64,000 nt of DNA, from contig JAQOWU010000008.1 of the NCBI GenBank assembly GCA_030867685.1, positions 434,001 to 498,000 on the forward strand. The letters are read 5' to 3'. The notes beneath the pieces were generated by a model. It had not been told where the DNA came from and made no database searches. It saw nothing but the letters and a program-made list of their open reading frames with translations. The translations under genes were made by a program, and so were the position numbers. This stretch comes from Wickerhamiella versatilis. Taxonomy: Eukaryota. Of this stretch, positions 50,302-60,899 are shown in pieces; position 1 is the stretch's first letter; each line of letters opens with the position of its first letter.

Positions 50302-50366
50302 ACCTTCCCGCTAGTAAAATTGGGATCAATGGGATAACTTTAGTTTTAATCAACCGAAAAAAGGTG

Positions 50367-50722
50367 GCTGGTCAAATGCAAGTCGAGTTCTGCAAGTAAA
50401 TTGGATAACTAACTCCTGACTCATGTGATATTTTGGATGAAGTTTCCTATTTTGGAATGTTTAGGAGGAACAATCTATTCCTGGAATGCGCCAAAATCGT
50501 CATAAAAGTTAAGTTTTGTTTGTGAGGAGCATATGCAAAACAACAAGCTCCAGAGTGATTGTACGCCCTAGCCCTTATGCATACGATTCGGGCCCTGGCA
50601 AGAAAAGCGCTCAATTTGAATGGTTTTTCCAAAAAATGTGTGATATGGAATATATCATCCCTAATTATTTGTAGATTCATAATATAGCCATACGCACTAT
50701 CGTATCTTCTACGTGGCTGGTT
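50367..50722 (-). promoter_or_regulatory. Candidate Ace2/Swi5 sites and Mcm1 CArG box upstream of AMN1
   Basis: GTGGCTGGT twice (cores at 50367 and 50716) and TTTCCTATTTTGGAA (CC-W6-GG at 50446-50455). Confidence 0.45.
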
Positions 50723-51158
50723 CAATTAAGCGCATTTGCTGACTTGCAAGACACGATTAGCTAGCCAACGAGATCAATTTCAACTGAGAAATAAACGAGC
50801 GTAGGTGATACTACTCACTTTTCCTCACATTTTACTCAAGCTAGAATACAATGGACCTACACCTAGCTGCTATATCTAAAAATCTTGTCGCAAAAAGTCC
50901 TAAGGTTGATTTGTGCGAATCATCTGTTCCCCGCATTGCACATCGATAAAACATCCATAATCTGTAATTATTTTTGTACGTAATGGTCTAATTTGTCTTT
51001 TTTGAATTCTTTCTATCATAATACAGATTGGTCTGCCCACCAGCCTTACAATCGTCTGAATATGACCCTAACCCGTACATCTAATTTGGGAAGAATGTCG
51101 CGACTTGGACCTATTTATACTACCATCTTCTACAACGGGGATTCACGTGTAACCGCAA

Positions 51159-51542
51159 ATGGAAAACGTTAAGCGTATGCCATTTGGAGAGCTACGCAAT
51201 GGATGTGAGAAACTAAAACCTATGCGCCGTACCCCTAGCATTCGCCAACGAGGAATTCGAACGGCTGCGAGCCAACCAAACTTTCATTGTCAGGAGCGAA
51301 TAAATCCTGAGATGGGGGTGCGGCACCATAAGTCGAAACTTGACCTCTACGATGAACGCCTCACATCCTTTCCAAGCTTCAGTCGAGCAGACGAGTCACC
51401 ACTAAATATAATTGAGGACTATTTTCCTGCGAGTCCGTCGGTCGTTTCTCAACCTTTGGATCCCTCTAAGGGATCTTGGGTGATTGTCTTGCAGAAAAAG
51501 CTACGCTGGCGCTGGCGTCTAAGTGGTCTTGTTCATGCCTAA
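51159..51542 (+). CDS. Hypothetical protein (127 aa)
   Basis: ATG-initiated ORF filling an intergenic gap; no recognised domain. Confidence 0.5.
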   Translation: MENVKRMPFGELRNGCEKLKPMRRTPSIRQRGIRTAASQPNFHCQERINPEMGVRHHKSKLDLYDERLTSFPSFSRADESPLNIIEDYFPASPSVVSQPLDPSKGSWVIVLQKKLRWRWRLSGLVHA

Positions 51543-51607
51543 TTTAATTTTTTATGCACTTAACTAACTTATTTAGATGGATGGATGATGTGATTGGAAA
51601 TTATTTG

Positions 51608-52792
51608 TCAATTAAGGGTCTCGAAAAGCTTTTCTATTTCGCCTTTTTCGTAGCGGGAGACTTTGCCTTGCCAAAGTCCTTTCCCCCCGCCTTTAACATT
51701 CACTATGCAGTCCCGAACCTTCGCAGAGACAGACGCAGGGTCCGCGCCCACAACAAGAATAGCCCCACCCTGTTGACCTTCACCACCCAGAAGCACAGCA
51801 GTACGGCTATTCAGATATTCATCCCCTAGCTCGCGTGCCACTGCCTTCAGATATTCAAGGCCGGCATCGGGCTGATGGAAGACAAGGAGCTTATCAGATC
51901 GCATTTTCTCAGCATCCATTTTAGCCAAACGGGCTTCGGCTGCCCGCAGCTGTGTTTGCAATGTTCTAGAACGTAACTGTAGAGAATCGACCTTGGTCTG
52001 CAAATCTGAAATCGGGCATGATAGTGAGGCACCGAGACATCGTAGGTCTGAATAGGCGCCACTGGCAAAGCGATTAACCCGTTCCCCACAGAAAAAGAAC
52101 AATCGAGAATTGGTTTGTTTGTTTGGTACTTGGTGAAGCAATACAATAGCCCCAATATGGCTAGTGGTGCTGAGATGGGTGCCGCAGCAGGGATTCGTAT
52201 CAATGCCATCAATGTCTACAACCCTTAGCACACCACTTTCGAGATCATAATCTTCTGGTACTTTATGGTCGACATTCTCATCGATTTTGACACTGATTGG
52301 GTGTGCTTCCGCTATGAGTGTCGTCACCTTTGATTCTGCCTTCCTGACTTCCTCAGGGGTCATCTTACGGGGGAGCTCAACATAATTAGGTTCATTCGGA
52401 CGTCCCATTGCCCAGCCCAATGTTTCAAGGCCCATGCCATCGAGAACTGCTGAAAGAAGGTGCTGTCCAGTGTGCTGCTGCATATGATCCCACCGTCGAG
52501 TCCAATCTACCTGCATCTCCACCTCGGAGCCGGGATCAAGCGGTTTTTGAACTGTGTGTATAGCCTTTAAGCCCTCTCTATGTACGTCTTCCACAGAAAT
52601 ATCGGACGAGTCTCCTAGCAATTTCAAATTACCGATGTCGCCAGGTTGGCCACCACCTTCTGGAAAGAACACCGTGTCGTCAAACTCAACGTGAAACTTC
52701 TTTTTGGAAATAGGTTTGCATGTAATTACTTTAGCACTCAGTGATCGCAAATAAGAATCCGTCTGGCATCTCAAGAGTCCAACCACTGTCAT
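51608..52792 (-). CDS. Free-standing alanyl-tRNA editing protein (AlaX)
   Basis: DTVFFPEGGGQPGD, HMQQHTGQHLLSA (HxxxH), CCGTH (CxxxH), C-Ala-like KGGGKG. Confidence 0.93.
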   Translation of the reverse strand: MTVVGLLRCQTDSYLRSLSAKVITCKPISKKKFHVEFDDTVFFPEGGGQPGDIGNLKLLGDSSDISVEDVHREGLKAIHTVQKPLDPGSEVEMQVDWTRRWDHMQQHTGQHLLSAVLDGMGLETLGWAMGRPNEPNYVELPRKMTPEEVRKAESKVTTLIAEAHPISVKIDENVDHKVPEDYDLESGVLRVVDIDGIDTNPCCGTHLSTTSHIGAIVLLHQVPNKQTNSRLFFFCGERVNRFASGAYSDLRCLGASLSCPISDLQTKVDSLQLRSRTLQTQLRAAEARLAKMDAEKMRSDKLLVFHQPDAGLEYLKAVARELGDEYLNSRTAVLLGGEGQQGGAILVVGADPASVSAKVRDCIVNVKGGGKGLWQGKVSRYEKGEIEKLFETLN

Positions 52793-53260
52793 CTCAAAAG
52801 AGAGATAAACCCTTCTTAGTCACCACCCCAATCTGCTGTCTGCCTCTGTTTTGCTTATAGGTCTTCATCACACATTTTCGCCGCACATCGTGTGATATCG
52901 GTAAAGGATCCTTAGGTACTGGTTCTATGGACTGAAGGGGACATATACAAGGCTTTACTTACCGAAATTAGTTACCCTGAATTTGGTAGTCCATTGCCCC
53001 TCGCCATGCAGGGAAGCACATTGGCATCATTCAATATTGATGCTCCTAGAATTTATTTGGACCGTTGTATAACCTCTTGCTCGAGATTTGGCCCACTGAG
53101 TTATCCGTCTTCTACAAGCCTGGGATCGATCGATATCACGTGATATATTAGAAAGTTGTTAGTAATGGCTTTCGTGATTAGTCAGTAGTCGCTTCAATTC
53201 TCTGACTGTAATTTGAACACGGCAAAGTATCACTCGCGGACCTCTAGGGCTCAATGCAAG

Positions 53261-56092
53261 ATGGCCACCTCTTCGTCTCTCTCTTCGAGAGAGGGGCCGC
53301 CACCGGAAAGGCCACCACCGCCTGTGCAACCTGGAATCTCGACGCGAGGTGCCCATCACACTGAGCGGCCAAAAGGTCTTCGCCCGCCGCGTCGTGACCA
53401 GCGGAACTGGTCAAGAGCCCCGTATACACGCCGAAATGACAGAAGAAGATGGTATGGTGAACGTGGTGAGTCTCGGCGCTACGATGAACGTGATAGGAGG
53501 TTTGGCTCATTATACGACCTTTACAGCGAGCCTAGCTCTCGCGATAATCCTAGGGGTCGTGCGAGAATTGAGCATGGTAGGTCCTCCTCGTCTCTTGCAT
53601 CACAAGCCCCATCGCATCATGGGGAGCCTAATTTTTCCCGCCGCCACACCGATCCTAACGTAGGGTCTTATAGGCCCCAGTTGTCTATACCGTCCGGGCC
53701 ATCAGGAAATAATCATCAGATACGTCCGAACTATGATGCGCCTACCAATGAGGAACGCCATGAAGAACGAAGACGAACATCAAGTAGTGTCCCCTTGGAA
53801 ACCCAAGAAGCACCCGGCTTAGGAAAGCCTTTGGCGATTGAAGAGAAAATGGAGGTTGATGAACCGGCAAGAGAAGCGAATGTCCCGTCTGATAATTCGG
53901 ATGAATTGAGACAGCGCCCGTCGCAGGAAAATCACGATAGTGGGAGTAGCAAGACCGCGGTCAAGTTTGCTGATGATGCGGATCACTCTGAAAGTATTGT
54001 TTCCCCTAGACTCAGTGATCCAAATACCTCGGTATTGAATAAGTCTGATAGAGGTATTGAGGGAGGTCCTCACCCTAAAGGGCCTGAGTTGAGTGCTTCT
54101 AGCCAAGTTGAGGGTATCGAGGCTTCTCATGACGATGAACATGACCCAGAGGACATATCTAACGACAAGCATGACTCTATTCATCCAACTTCTGCCACAT
54201 CAGACGATCAATGGGGACATAATGGTGCCCAGAAGAGGCTAGATGAAACTGCAGTGGAGCCTAACCCGACAACTCCTGTATCGTTGAGCCCTCATAATGA
54301 CATTGGCAGTCAGAAAGTTACACATGATAAGCTTCAAGGACTACTCCCCCAGGAGCGTTCCGCCAAGATTCATGTTGCCAATCGGCTAAAGTATCTTAAG
54401 GAGACAGTGAAAGTACGCAAGCCGAGCTCTCCATGCCAAGAATGGAGTTGTGACCCAGTGGAAGAGAAAATTCCAAATGCAGTGAAATCTCGAATAGGTT
54501 CGTTGAAACAGGTCATCTCTGGTCGAAAACTCGAATTTGACGAATTGCGAAGCTCATGGGAGAAGTTATGTGTTGATCTCGATAATGACAAAAGGAATAT
54601 AGAGTTGGATCCATTTGGCTCATCTCACTCTAATCGGCGTAGCCGTGGTACTTTAAAGGATGGTGCCCGTACAGAGCAGGAATTTCAAGAGATCCTAGCG
54701 AACTTGGAGCTGCAGACTATGCGTGACCCGCTGGTTCGGGCACGACTGACCTCAGCAGCAATACCATCTATGATCCAAGACTCAGTTTATAGGCAAGAAC
54801 GCTTTGTTGACACAAATAACTTTGTGGAGAAAGTGCCTGTTGACCGTGTTCTCAAGGATGGTATTGATGACTTCTCTCCTCAGGAACATGAGCTATTCTG
54901 TCAAGCATATATAGCTCAACCGAAGCAGTTTGGTGCTATCGCAGAACATATCCCAGGACGTAACTTTAATGATTGTGTTATGCATTATTACCGGACAAAG
55001 AAGCGTGTGGACTATAAGCACCTCGCCTTGAAGAAGAAGCGTCGGCAGAGGAAAAAGGAAAAACATGCCACTAGTCCTACCTCACCTGCAACTCCAGTTT
55101 CTCCAGTGACACCCGTCGCCCCGGATTCGCATGAGCAGGAGGATAAGCCGAACGTTTCTGAAACTAAGGACTCGGCTACTGCACTTGGTATATCTTCGTC
55201 TGTCCAAGGAATCCCTTCACCTGTCAAGCCACTTTCGCAAACGAGACGGGAATCTTATTTGCCAAAGCCGGTGACTCCAATTGCTGCTTCAGAATCAGGA
55301 ATCGAAAATCCAACCTCGGAAGGTCCCCCCATTGAATCATCGAAAGATACTAAGTCCGTGGCTCATCGTCGACAACGTAAATCCCAGAAAAAGCGAGAAC
55401 CGGAAATACACACGTTGCCAGAAAATCAACCTCAGGCCGATTCACACACGGGTAAGATGGATACACTAGCGACTTTAGCTTTACTGGACTCAACTGCGCT
55501 ATCTTCTAGTGAACAGCGACAACTAGATACACTTGTCGGACTCTATGGCTCTCGATTCGACGAGATTGCGCGACGTATGAACAAACCGGAGAGCTCAGTT
55601 AGGACATTTGTGGAACAGAATCCTGACAGCTATCGTGAAGCAATAATAGCCGCCGATACCGTTAATAGACGTACTGGAGTACTTCCTCTTTTTGTGCCTA
55701 AGAAATCACCCTCACCACCACCACTGCCGCCAATGGTAACTGTACAAGGCAACGGTCCCAGTATAGGGTTTTTCTCCCCAAGAAAACGACAGGTTCCAAT
55801 GATTAAACAGCATCAGAATCGATCGTCGTCTGACCCATTAGCAAGCGGCCAGGTAAATTCTGGATCCAAAGAAATACCTGGGTCTGCCCAACCAAGAACA
55901 ACTAGTGAATTTTTTGAGAATCGCGTTACAAATGAACAACATTATGGCAAACCGCATTCTTCCTCGGGGCCCCATGCTAGCTTACCGTCGTTATCCCAGA
56001 TACCTCACACACGTGGGCTCTTGGAACGAGACCTTTATGATATATCAGAATTCCATATTGACCGATACCGCGAGAGCAATGAGCGGGGATAA
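53261..56092 (+). CDS. SNT1: SANT-domain Set3C/N-CoR-like subunit Snt1
   Basis: AAIPSMI...FVDTNNFV, SANT FSPQEHELFCQAYIAQPKQFGAIA...DCVMHYYRTKK, second degenerate SANT. Confidence 0.85.
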   Translation: MATSSSLSSREGPPPERPPPPVQPGISTRGAHHTERPKGLRPPRRDQRNWSRAPYTRRNDRRRWYGERGESRRYDERDRRFGSLYDLYSEPSSRDNPRGRARIEHGRSSSSLASQAPSHHGEPNFSRRHTDPNVGSYRPQLSIPSGPSGNNHQIRPNYDAPTNEERHEERRRTSSSVPLETQEAPGLGKPLAIEEKMEVDEPAREANVPSDNSDELRQRPSQENHDSGSSKTAVKFADDADHSESIVSPRLSDPNTSVLNKSDRGIEGGPHPKGPELSASSQVEGIEASHDDEHDPEDISNDKHDSIHPTSATSDDQWGHNGAQKRLDETAVEPNPTTPVSLSPHNDIGSQKVTHDKLQGLLPQERSAKIHVANRLKYLKETVKVRKPSSPCQEWSCDPVEEKIPNAVKSRIGSLKQVISGRKLEFDELRSSWEKLCVDLDNDKRNIELDPFGSSHSNRRSRGTLKDGARTEQEFQEILANLELQTMRDPLVRARLTSAAIPSMIQDSVYRQERFVDTNNFVEKVPVDRVLKDGIDDFSPQEHELFCQAYIAQPKQFGAIAEHIPGRNFNDCVMHYYRTKKRVDYKHLALKKKRRQRKKEKHATSPTSPATPVSPVTPVAPDSHEQEDKPNVSETKDSATALGISSSVQGIPSPVKPLSQTRRESYLPKPVTPIAASESGIENPTSEGPPIESSKDTKSVAHRRQRKSQKKREPEIHTLPENQPQADSHTGKMDTLATLALLDSTALSSSEQRQLDTLVGLYGSRFDEIARRMNKPESSVRTFVEQNPDSYREAIIAADTVNRRTGVLPLFVPKKSPSPPPLPPMVTVQGNGPSIGFFSPRKRQVPMIKQHQNRSSSDPLASGQVNSGSKEIPGSAQPRTTSEFFENRVTNEQHYGKPHSSSGPHASLPSLSQIPHTRGLLERDLYDISEFHIDRYRESNERG

Positions 56093-56283
56093 CTTAATTT
56101 TTGATCTAAACAGAAGACATATTCTAGACGTACGTAAATGCAATAATCAAGTTCTGTGCATCATAATTTATGCGTGCTTAATCATGTGCATGTAACAGCC
56201 GTCATTCGCATGTGGGGCCACAAAAGGGTCCTCTGCGACAACGTGTGTTTAAGCATTTCGGGAAAGGCAGTGCTCAGATTCAG

Positions 56284-58071
56284 ATGAAATGGAATGTATT
56301 CATATCGTCATTGTTCCCTGCTGCTCGGGCATTTTCCCTTTACCGGGAAGTCGTTCCTTATAGTTTCTCTGAGATAGATTGGCTCGATTGGAATGTTGTA
56401 GACAATATTTCATCGCTCAATTTTGAAGCTGGAGGAAAGAGATGGACATTTGCACTTGAAGATGCACTGTTAGAGACTGTTGGCACGGATATAATAGCAC
56501 TAAGAGGCCAAACCTTGGACAACAATAAGCCAAGCGGATGGGCACGGTTTGTAGTAGCTAATGATATTGGAGTACGTGGATCTTTTATGCATGATGGAGA
56601 GATATTCCATGTGGGTGGATCAAGGGAATCGCAATTGAATTTATCTGTCTTTAAAGTGGATTCGATTCCAAGATTGGTTCCCAAAAGCATAGAGGCTGGC
56701 AATAACGACAGCGAAAATTACCAATATGATACTAAGAGGACCAATTTCACCGGTGACTTTGAGGGTTGCAATCATCAGCTCTCAGCAAATATAGGCGTGG
56801 TCGCAGATTGTAATTTCCTTCGTAATTTCAATACATTGCCTGATGTACACCTTTATATCACAGATATTGTCAATAAGGCCTCACAGCTATTTGAGGATGC
56901 TTTCAACATCACGCTTGTCCTCAAAGAGGTCGTGACTCCCGCAAATGGAAGTACTTGTCCTAGTGAGGGCGATGAAGAATGGAACAGACTCTGCAATGTT
57001 ACCAGTGATCAACTTTCCGATGCACTAACCGACCGTCTAAAATATTTGGCTCGATTTAGAGCTGAACGAGCTCATGACGGATTTGCAACTTGGACTTTGC
57101 TGACCCACTGCTCCGGAGGAGAGATAGCTGGATTATCCTGGCAAGGTCAAGTTTGTGAAGCTGGTGCTGATTTAGCTGGTGTCAACGTCGTGGACCATAC
57201 GGAACTTGATTTCCGAGTGCTAGCCCATGAGACCGGTCATTCTTTCGGTGCCATTCATGATTGTACGAGTGATACTTGCAACAGCGCGAGCAATATTCCC
57301 TGCTGCCCTTTAAGCCCAAAACTATGCGATGCAAACGCAAAGTACATCATGAATCCTGAGTCGACAGGAAACCAGGATAGCTTTAGTACTTGCTCGCGTG
57401 GTAGGGTGTGCAGTGCGATTGAGGATGGCACTATAAATACTACTTGCCTTAGAAAATCAAAATGTCCCTGCCCAAGTGGTCCTTGCTGCAATAAATGCCA
57501 ATACGCAAGCAAAGACGTGCTTTGCCGCAAATCAGCTAGTTCTTGTGATGACGATTCATACTGCAGCGGCGATTCTCTTTTATGTCCACCGAATCCCCCT
57601 AAAAATGATGGTACTGTTTGTGGGAGTGGCTTGCGCTGTAGTGATGGGGTATGCACATCGCGGGATGGCCAATGTGTTAGTCTCTTAAATACCACCGAAA
57701 CTAAAGCATGCGCTCCTGCCGATTCTTGTGACTTATATTGTGTATCGCCTATTAATCATACTTGTGATCCTTATCCTCATTATTTCTCCGATGGAATATC
57801 GTGTAAGGGAGGTTTTTGTTCACATGGCAGATGTACCCATGAGAGACCTCTAAATTGGCGAATTGGTGTCATTGCAGCATGCATTGCGCTTGGGGGATTG
57901 TCTTTTGCTGCTCTTATTTTATTCTGGTGCTTCTATCGTAAGTTTTCTGGCACATCGCTGGTATCTCTTTCTCAGCCCAAGTTAATTTCCCATGGTGAGC
58001 ATTCTCGTTATATAGGTGATAAGAACTTTTTCTATCGACCTCCTCCCCCTCCACCCGCGCTGTCAGGCTAA
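56284..58071 (+). CDS. ADAM-family disintegrin and metalloprotease (fungal ADM-B type)
   Basis: Signal-like N-terminus, HETGHSFGAIHD zinc motif, Met-turn YIMNP, disintegrin and Cys-rich domains, TM, polyproline tail. Confidence 0.92.
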   Translation: MKWNVFISSLFPAARAFSLYREVVPYSFSEIDWLDWNVVDNISSLNFEAGGKRWTFALEDALLETVGTDIIALRGQTLDNNKPSGWARFVVANDIGVRGSFMHDGEIFHVGGSRESQLNLSVFKVDSIPRLVPKSIEAGNNDSENYQYDTKRTNFTGDFEGCNHQLSANIGVVADCNFLRNFNTLPDVHLYITDIVNKASQLFEDAFNITLVLKEVVTPANGSTCPSEGDEEWNRLCNVTSDQLSDALTDRLKYLARFRAERAHDGFATWTLLTHCSGGEIAGLSWQGQVCEAGADLAGVNVVDHTELDFRVLAHETGHSFGAIHDCTSDTCNSASNIPCCPLSPKLCDANAKYIMNPESTGNQDSFSTCSRGRVCSAIEDGTINTTCLRKSKCPCPSGPCCNKCQYASKDVLCRKSASSCDDDSYCSGDSLLCPPNPPKNDGTVCGSGLRCSDGVCTSRDGQCVSLLNTTETKACAPADSCDLYCVSPINHTCDPYPHYFSDGISCKGGFCSHGRCTHERPLNWRIGVIAACIALGGLSFAALILFWCFYRKFSGTSLVSLSQPKLISHGEHSRYIGDKNFFYRPPPPPPALSG

Positions 58072-58508
58072 ACCTCAAGGATGTGGAATGACTCCCACGT
58101 CTACGAACACTACAAGCTACTGAAGAGTGGTGTGCAAGTTCACGAGCAGAAACTGCTACTTTAGTAGTCAAATGATTCCATAAACCTGCAAGTACATTTA
58201 TTCTGGAAATGCATGATACTCCGAGACCTTTTTTAAGCAGTGTTAACCCACTAATCAAGAGCTAGCGCATGAGTGTGAGTTTTTTTGACGGGTCATATGC
58301 GTAAGGCTACTTGTTATGATGTTCAAACTTTAAAATTTTCTGTCAACTAAGACACATAGCCACCACCCCATGATGGAACCAACTTCAAACACAGTTTTTC
58401 AAACTCCCTACCGAAACGAGAAGGTCACAATGTGCCTCCAGGCTCCGGCATACCTCATTTAGAATAGATTCATCTAATCCCTACCAGCTAGTATATACAC
58501 ATTACTTC

Positions 58509-58748
58509 ATGGATGGTGGAAGTGCTGTAGTGAACTCTGGGACAATTGCGCTAATATCAAGTGCTGTGGTATTTGCTTTTTGTCTGGGATTATGGGTTCT
58601 ATGGAAATGGTCAAGGACACGTCCTGCAAGGCTCAGTGCACGATTATACGAATCCCCACGCGTACCTATTGACCTAGCACCGAGGACCTCGTGCTGTACC
58701 CCGCCACGAACTCCCCCACCTGCGTATCATCAGGCATGTCGAGCTTAA
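58509..58748 (+). CDS. Small single-pass membrane protein with PPxY motif
   Basis: TM IALISSAVVFAFCLGLWVLW, basic stop-transfer residues, PPPAY near the C-terminus. Confidence 0.6.
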   Translation: MDGGSAVVNSGTIALISSAVVFAFCLGLWVLWKWSRTRPARLSARLYESPRVPIDLAPRTSCCTPPRTPPPAYHQACRA

Positions 58749-59187
58749 CTTTAGTTCCAAAAATTCGCATTGCGCACGAAAAAAAGCACCTGCAGTCACT
58801 AGCTCTCTAGAATTTCTGATAAAAATAATTCACATCTCAAGATCTATAAAATAATGTGTACATATATTTCGCGTTTCCACTGGTAAGGTGGGCAAGCGGG
58901 TGAAGTGTATAAAGGGGTGACGATTGTTACGTCATAGGGGTCAACGCGCACTGCGTGTCACTGTTGTAGACGCGTTGAAGGAGATATTCGACTCGCAAAA
59001 ATCATAGTGACGTGTATTTAAACCTCTTTTGCTCCATTATATATCAATATTTGCACATAATTCATTCCCGCGTCGTGTCTATGATTCTTTCAGGGTTTGG
59101 GCTCAACAAGCATCTGCATTCCACAAACCAGTGATAAACAGGCGTGAATCCAATTGTAGTCAGCCTTCTGCAAAAGAATTAAACTGC

Positions 59188-59691
59188 ATGGCTTTTGGAA
59201 AAAATAAGCGCAGTTCGTGGGTGAACCGTCCGCTGTCCATGGTTATGCCTGAGGGTGCGAAACTTTTTGCGAAGCAGTTTCGCAAACTACCATCGTCTAC
59301 AGATGCATCGGCAAAATTGAAACCAACAGTTGAGAAGAGTCATGCCGAGAACGTTGATCCGACACCGGGTCATCTTCCGCCTCCTACACCTGCATTGTCA
59401 ACAGCATCTTCCTCTGCCCACAACGAGCAAGCGCCCTTCTTAACGCTTAACCTTGATAAGGCTGAATCTTCGCTCGTGCCTAACTGCTATCTTGATGATG
59501 GTGCCATGAGCAGAAGTGAGAGTGATCAAAGTGTTCATACACGCCACTCGTCTTCAAATTCGCTCAATTCGGATGCTGATTTTGACCGTAAGGTATTCAT
59601 CCATCGAGGTGTTTACATTTTTGATCCCTCGAGCACGGACCCAAGCATGGCAGCAGAGGAAACTTATAATCCCTTTGATGAGGGAATTTAG
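59188..59691 (+). CDS. Hypothetical Ser/Pro-rich protein ending in an NPF motif
   Basis: ATG at 59188; low-complexity sequence; C-terminal YNPFDEGI. Confidence 0.55.
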   Translation: MAFGKNKRSSWVNRPLSMVMPEGAKLFAKQFRKLPSSTDASAKLKPTVEKSHAENVDPTPGHLPPPTPALSTASSSAHNEQAPFLTLNLDKAESSLVPNCYLDDGAMSRSESDQSVHTRHSSSNSLNSDADFDRKVFIHRGVYIFDPSSTDPSMAAEETYNPFDEGI

Positions 59692-59764
59692 TACACTAAT
59701 ATTTATATATTTATTTCCTTCGTCCATAGGTCATAATCGTTATCATCATTATTCATGAGTTCTA

Positions 59765-60139
59765 TCATTTCGATGCATTTCGCTTGTCCGTTCGGTGGTG
59801 GTTCTCTATCTCCCTCTCCTTTTCAGTACACCGCTCGCGGATAGCAACACTTGTGGCATTGCTCAAGTTCAATACCGACAAAGAGCCGTGCAGTGATGTC
59901 GGACTTAGGTGAGGGCTCCCTGGCGTTCTTGGGATCTGTATGCTAGGTCTTCTCGGAGACGATCGACGGCTTGTGGTGCTCCTTTGAGATGAAAGCCGTC
60001 CACATGGTGCTGGGTTCGATTGTGACTCTTGTGTCGACAAAGACAAGAGGCTAATTGCCGATGGAGAAGATGTGAAAGGCGACAAATCCGACGGTGAGGT
60101 CGGGCACAGAAGTGGTGACTTTGGACTGGAGTTGGACAT
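59765..60139 (-). CDS. Hypothetical Ser/Pro-rich protein (124 aa)
   Basis: ATG-initiated; many SP/TP motifs; no recognised domain. Confidence 0.5.
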   Translation of the reverse strand: MSNSSPKSPLLCPTSPSDLSPFTSSPSAISLLSLSTQESQSNPAPCGRLSSQRSTTSRRSSPRRPSIQIPRTPGSPHLSPTSLHGSLSVLNLSNATSVAIRERCTEKEREIENHHRTDKRNASK

Positions 60140-60899
60140 GAATTCAGTGTTTACTGCTGTTTGCTACAGATGAAATTTGCTCGCGCGAAATAGCTTGCAG
60201 CTTACAAATATATGTAGTTCCTAATATTTTATTGAGCTCTTACAAAGTTGGTTGTCAAGACTACAAGCAGATTGCACGGAAAAGGTAGACGTAATTTGCA
60301 TAATATTATTTCTTGAGACTATCTAACTGCAACTGTGGATTCTTGGAGAAATTGTTTCGAGAGGCCTACGTTTCTAGGAGACTCTAGACAATGTGAAAAA
60401 AATCTATATCTCTTGTTTTTTTTTCTATCTTCAACAATAGATTCATTTACGTATGAAAACTTATGGACAAGCATCAAGACTTAAATTAGCTATCGTTTAT
60501 GCTTGATTGCCTTTGAAATATGGCCCACGAAACTGTCTCAAACGATTCGAGAAATCACTGACCTGGTTGTATGTGAAAAATATTAAAGTACTATTGCTCT
60601 CTCTAGCAGCCACTTCTCATAATTATCCAGTCTCTGGCTCTAGCTTATTATAAACAGTAACAGCGTAACAAGTCGTACCAATATTACATACTACATACAT
60701 CGCTAGTATGCATGGCATTTGAGGCGAGAGAGTTCAGGTGTTAAAAAATAATATTTTTATTTTCTTCGGAGAAATTTATAACTAAGAGTACACAGATTAA
60801 TTGCATAATGACCAACCTATTTCAGCAAAAACGGGAATTTATGTGTCTGTATAGATTGCTGTGTGATAATTTAGTAATGGATTTATAGAAACTTTTTGG

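Noticed and set aside
52955-53070. TACTTACC resembling the U1 snRNA 5' end
   Set aside because: No U1-70K loop (GAUCAxGAAG), no AUUGCAC loop and no convincing cloverleaf.
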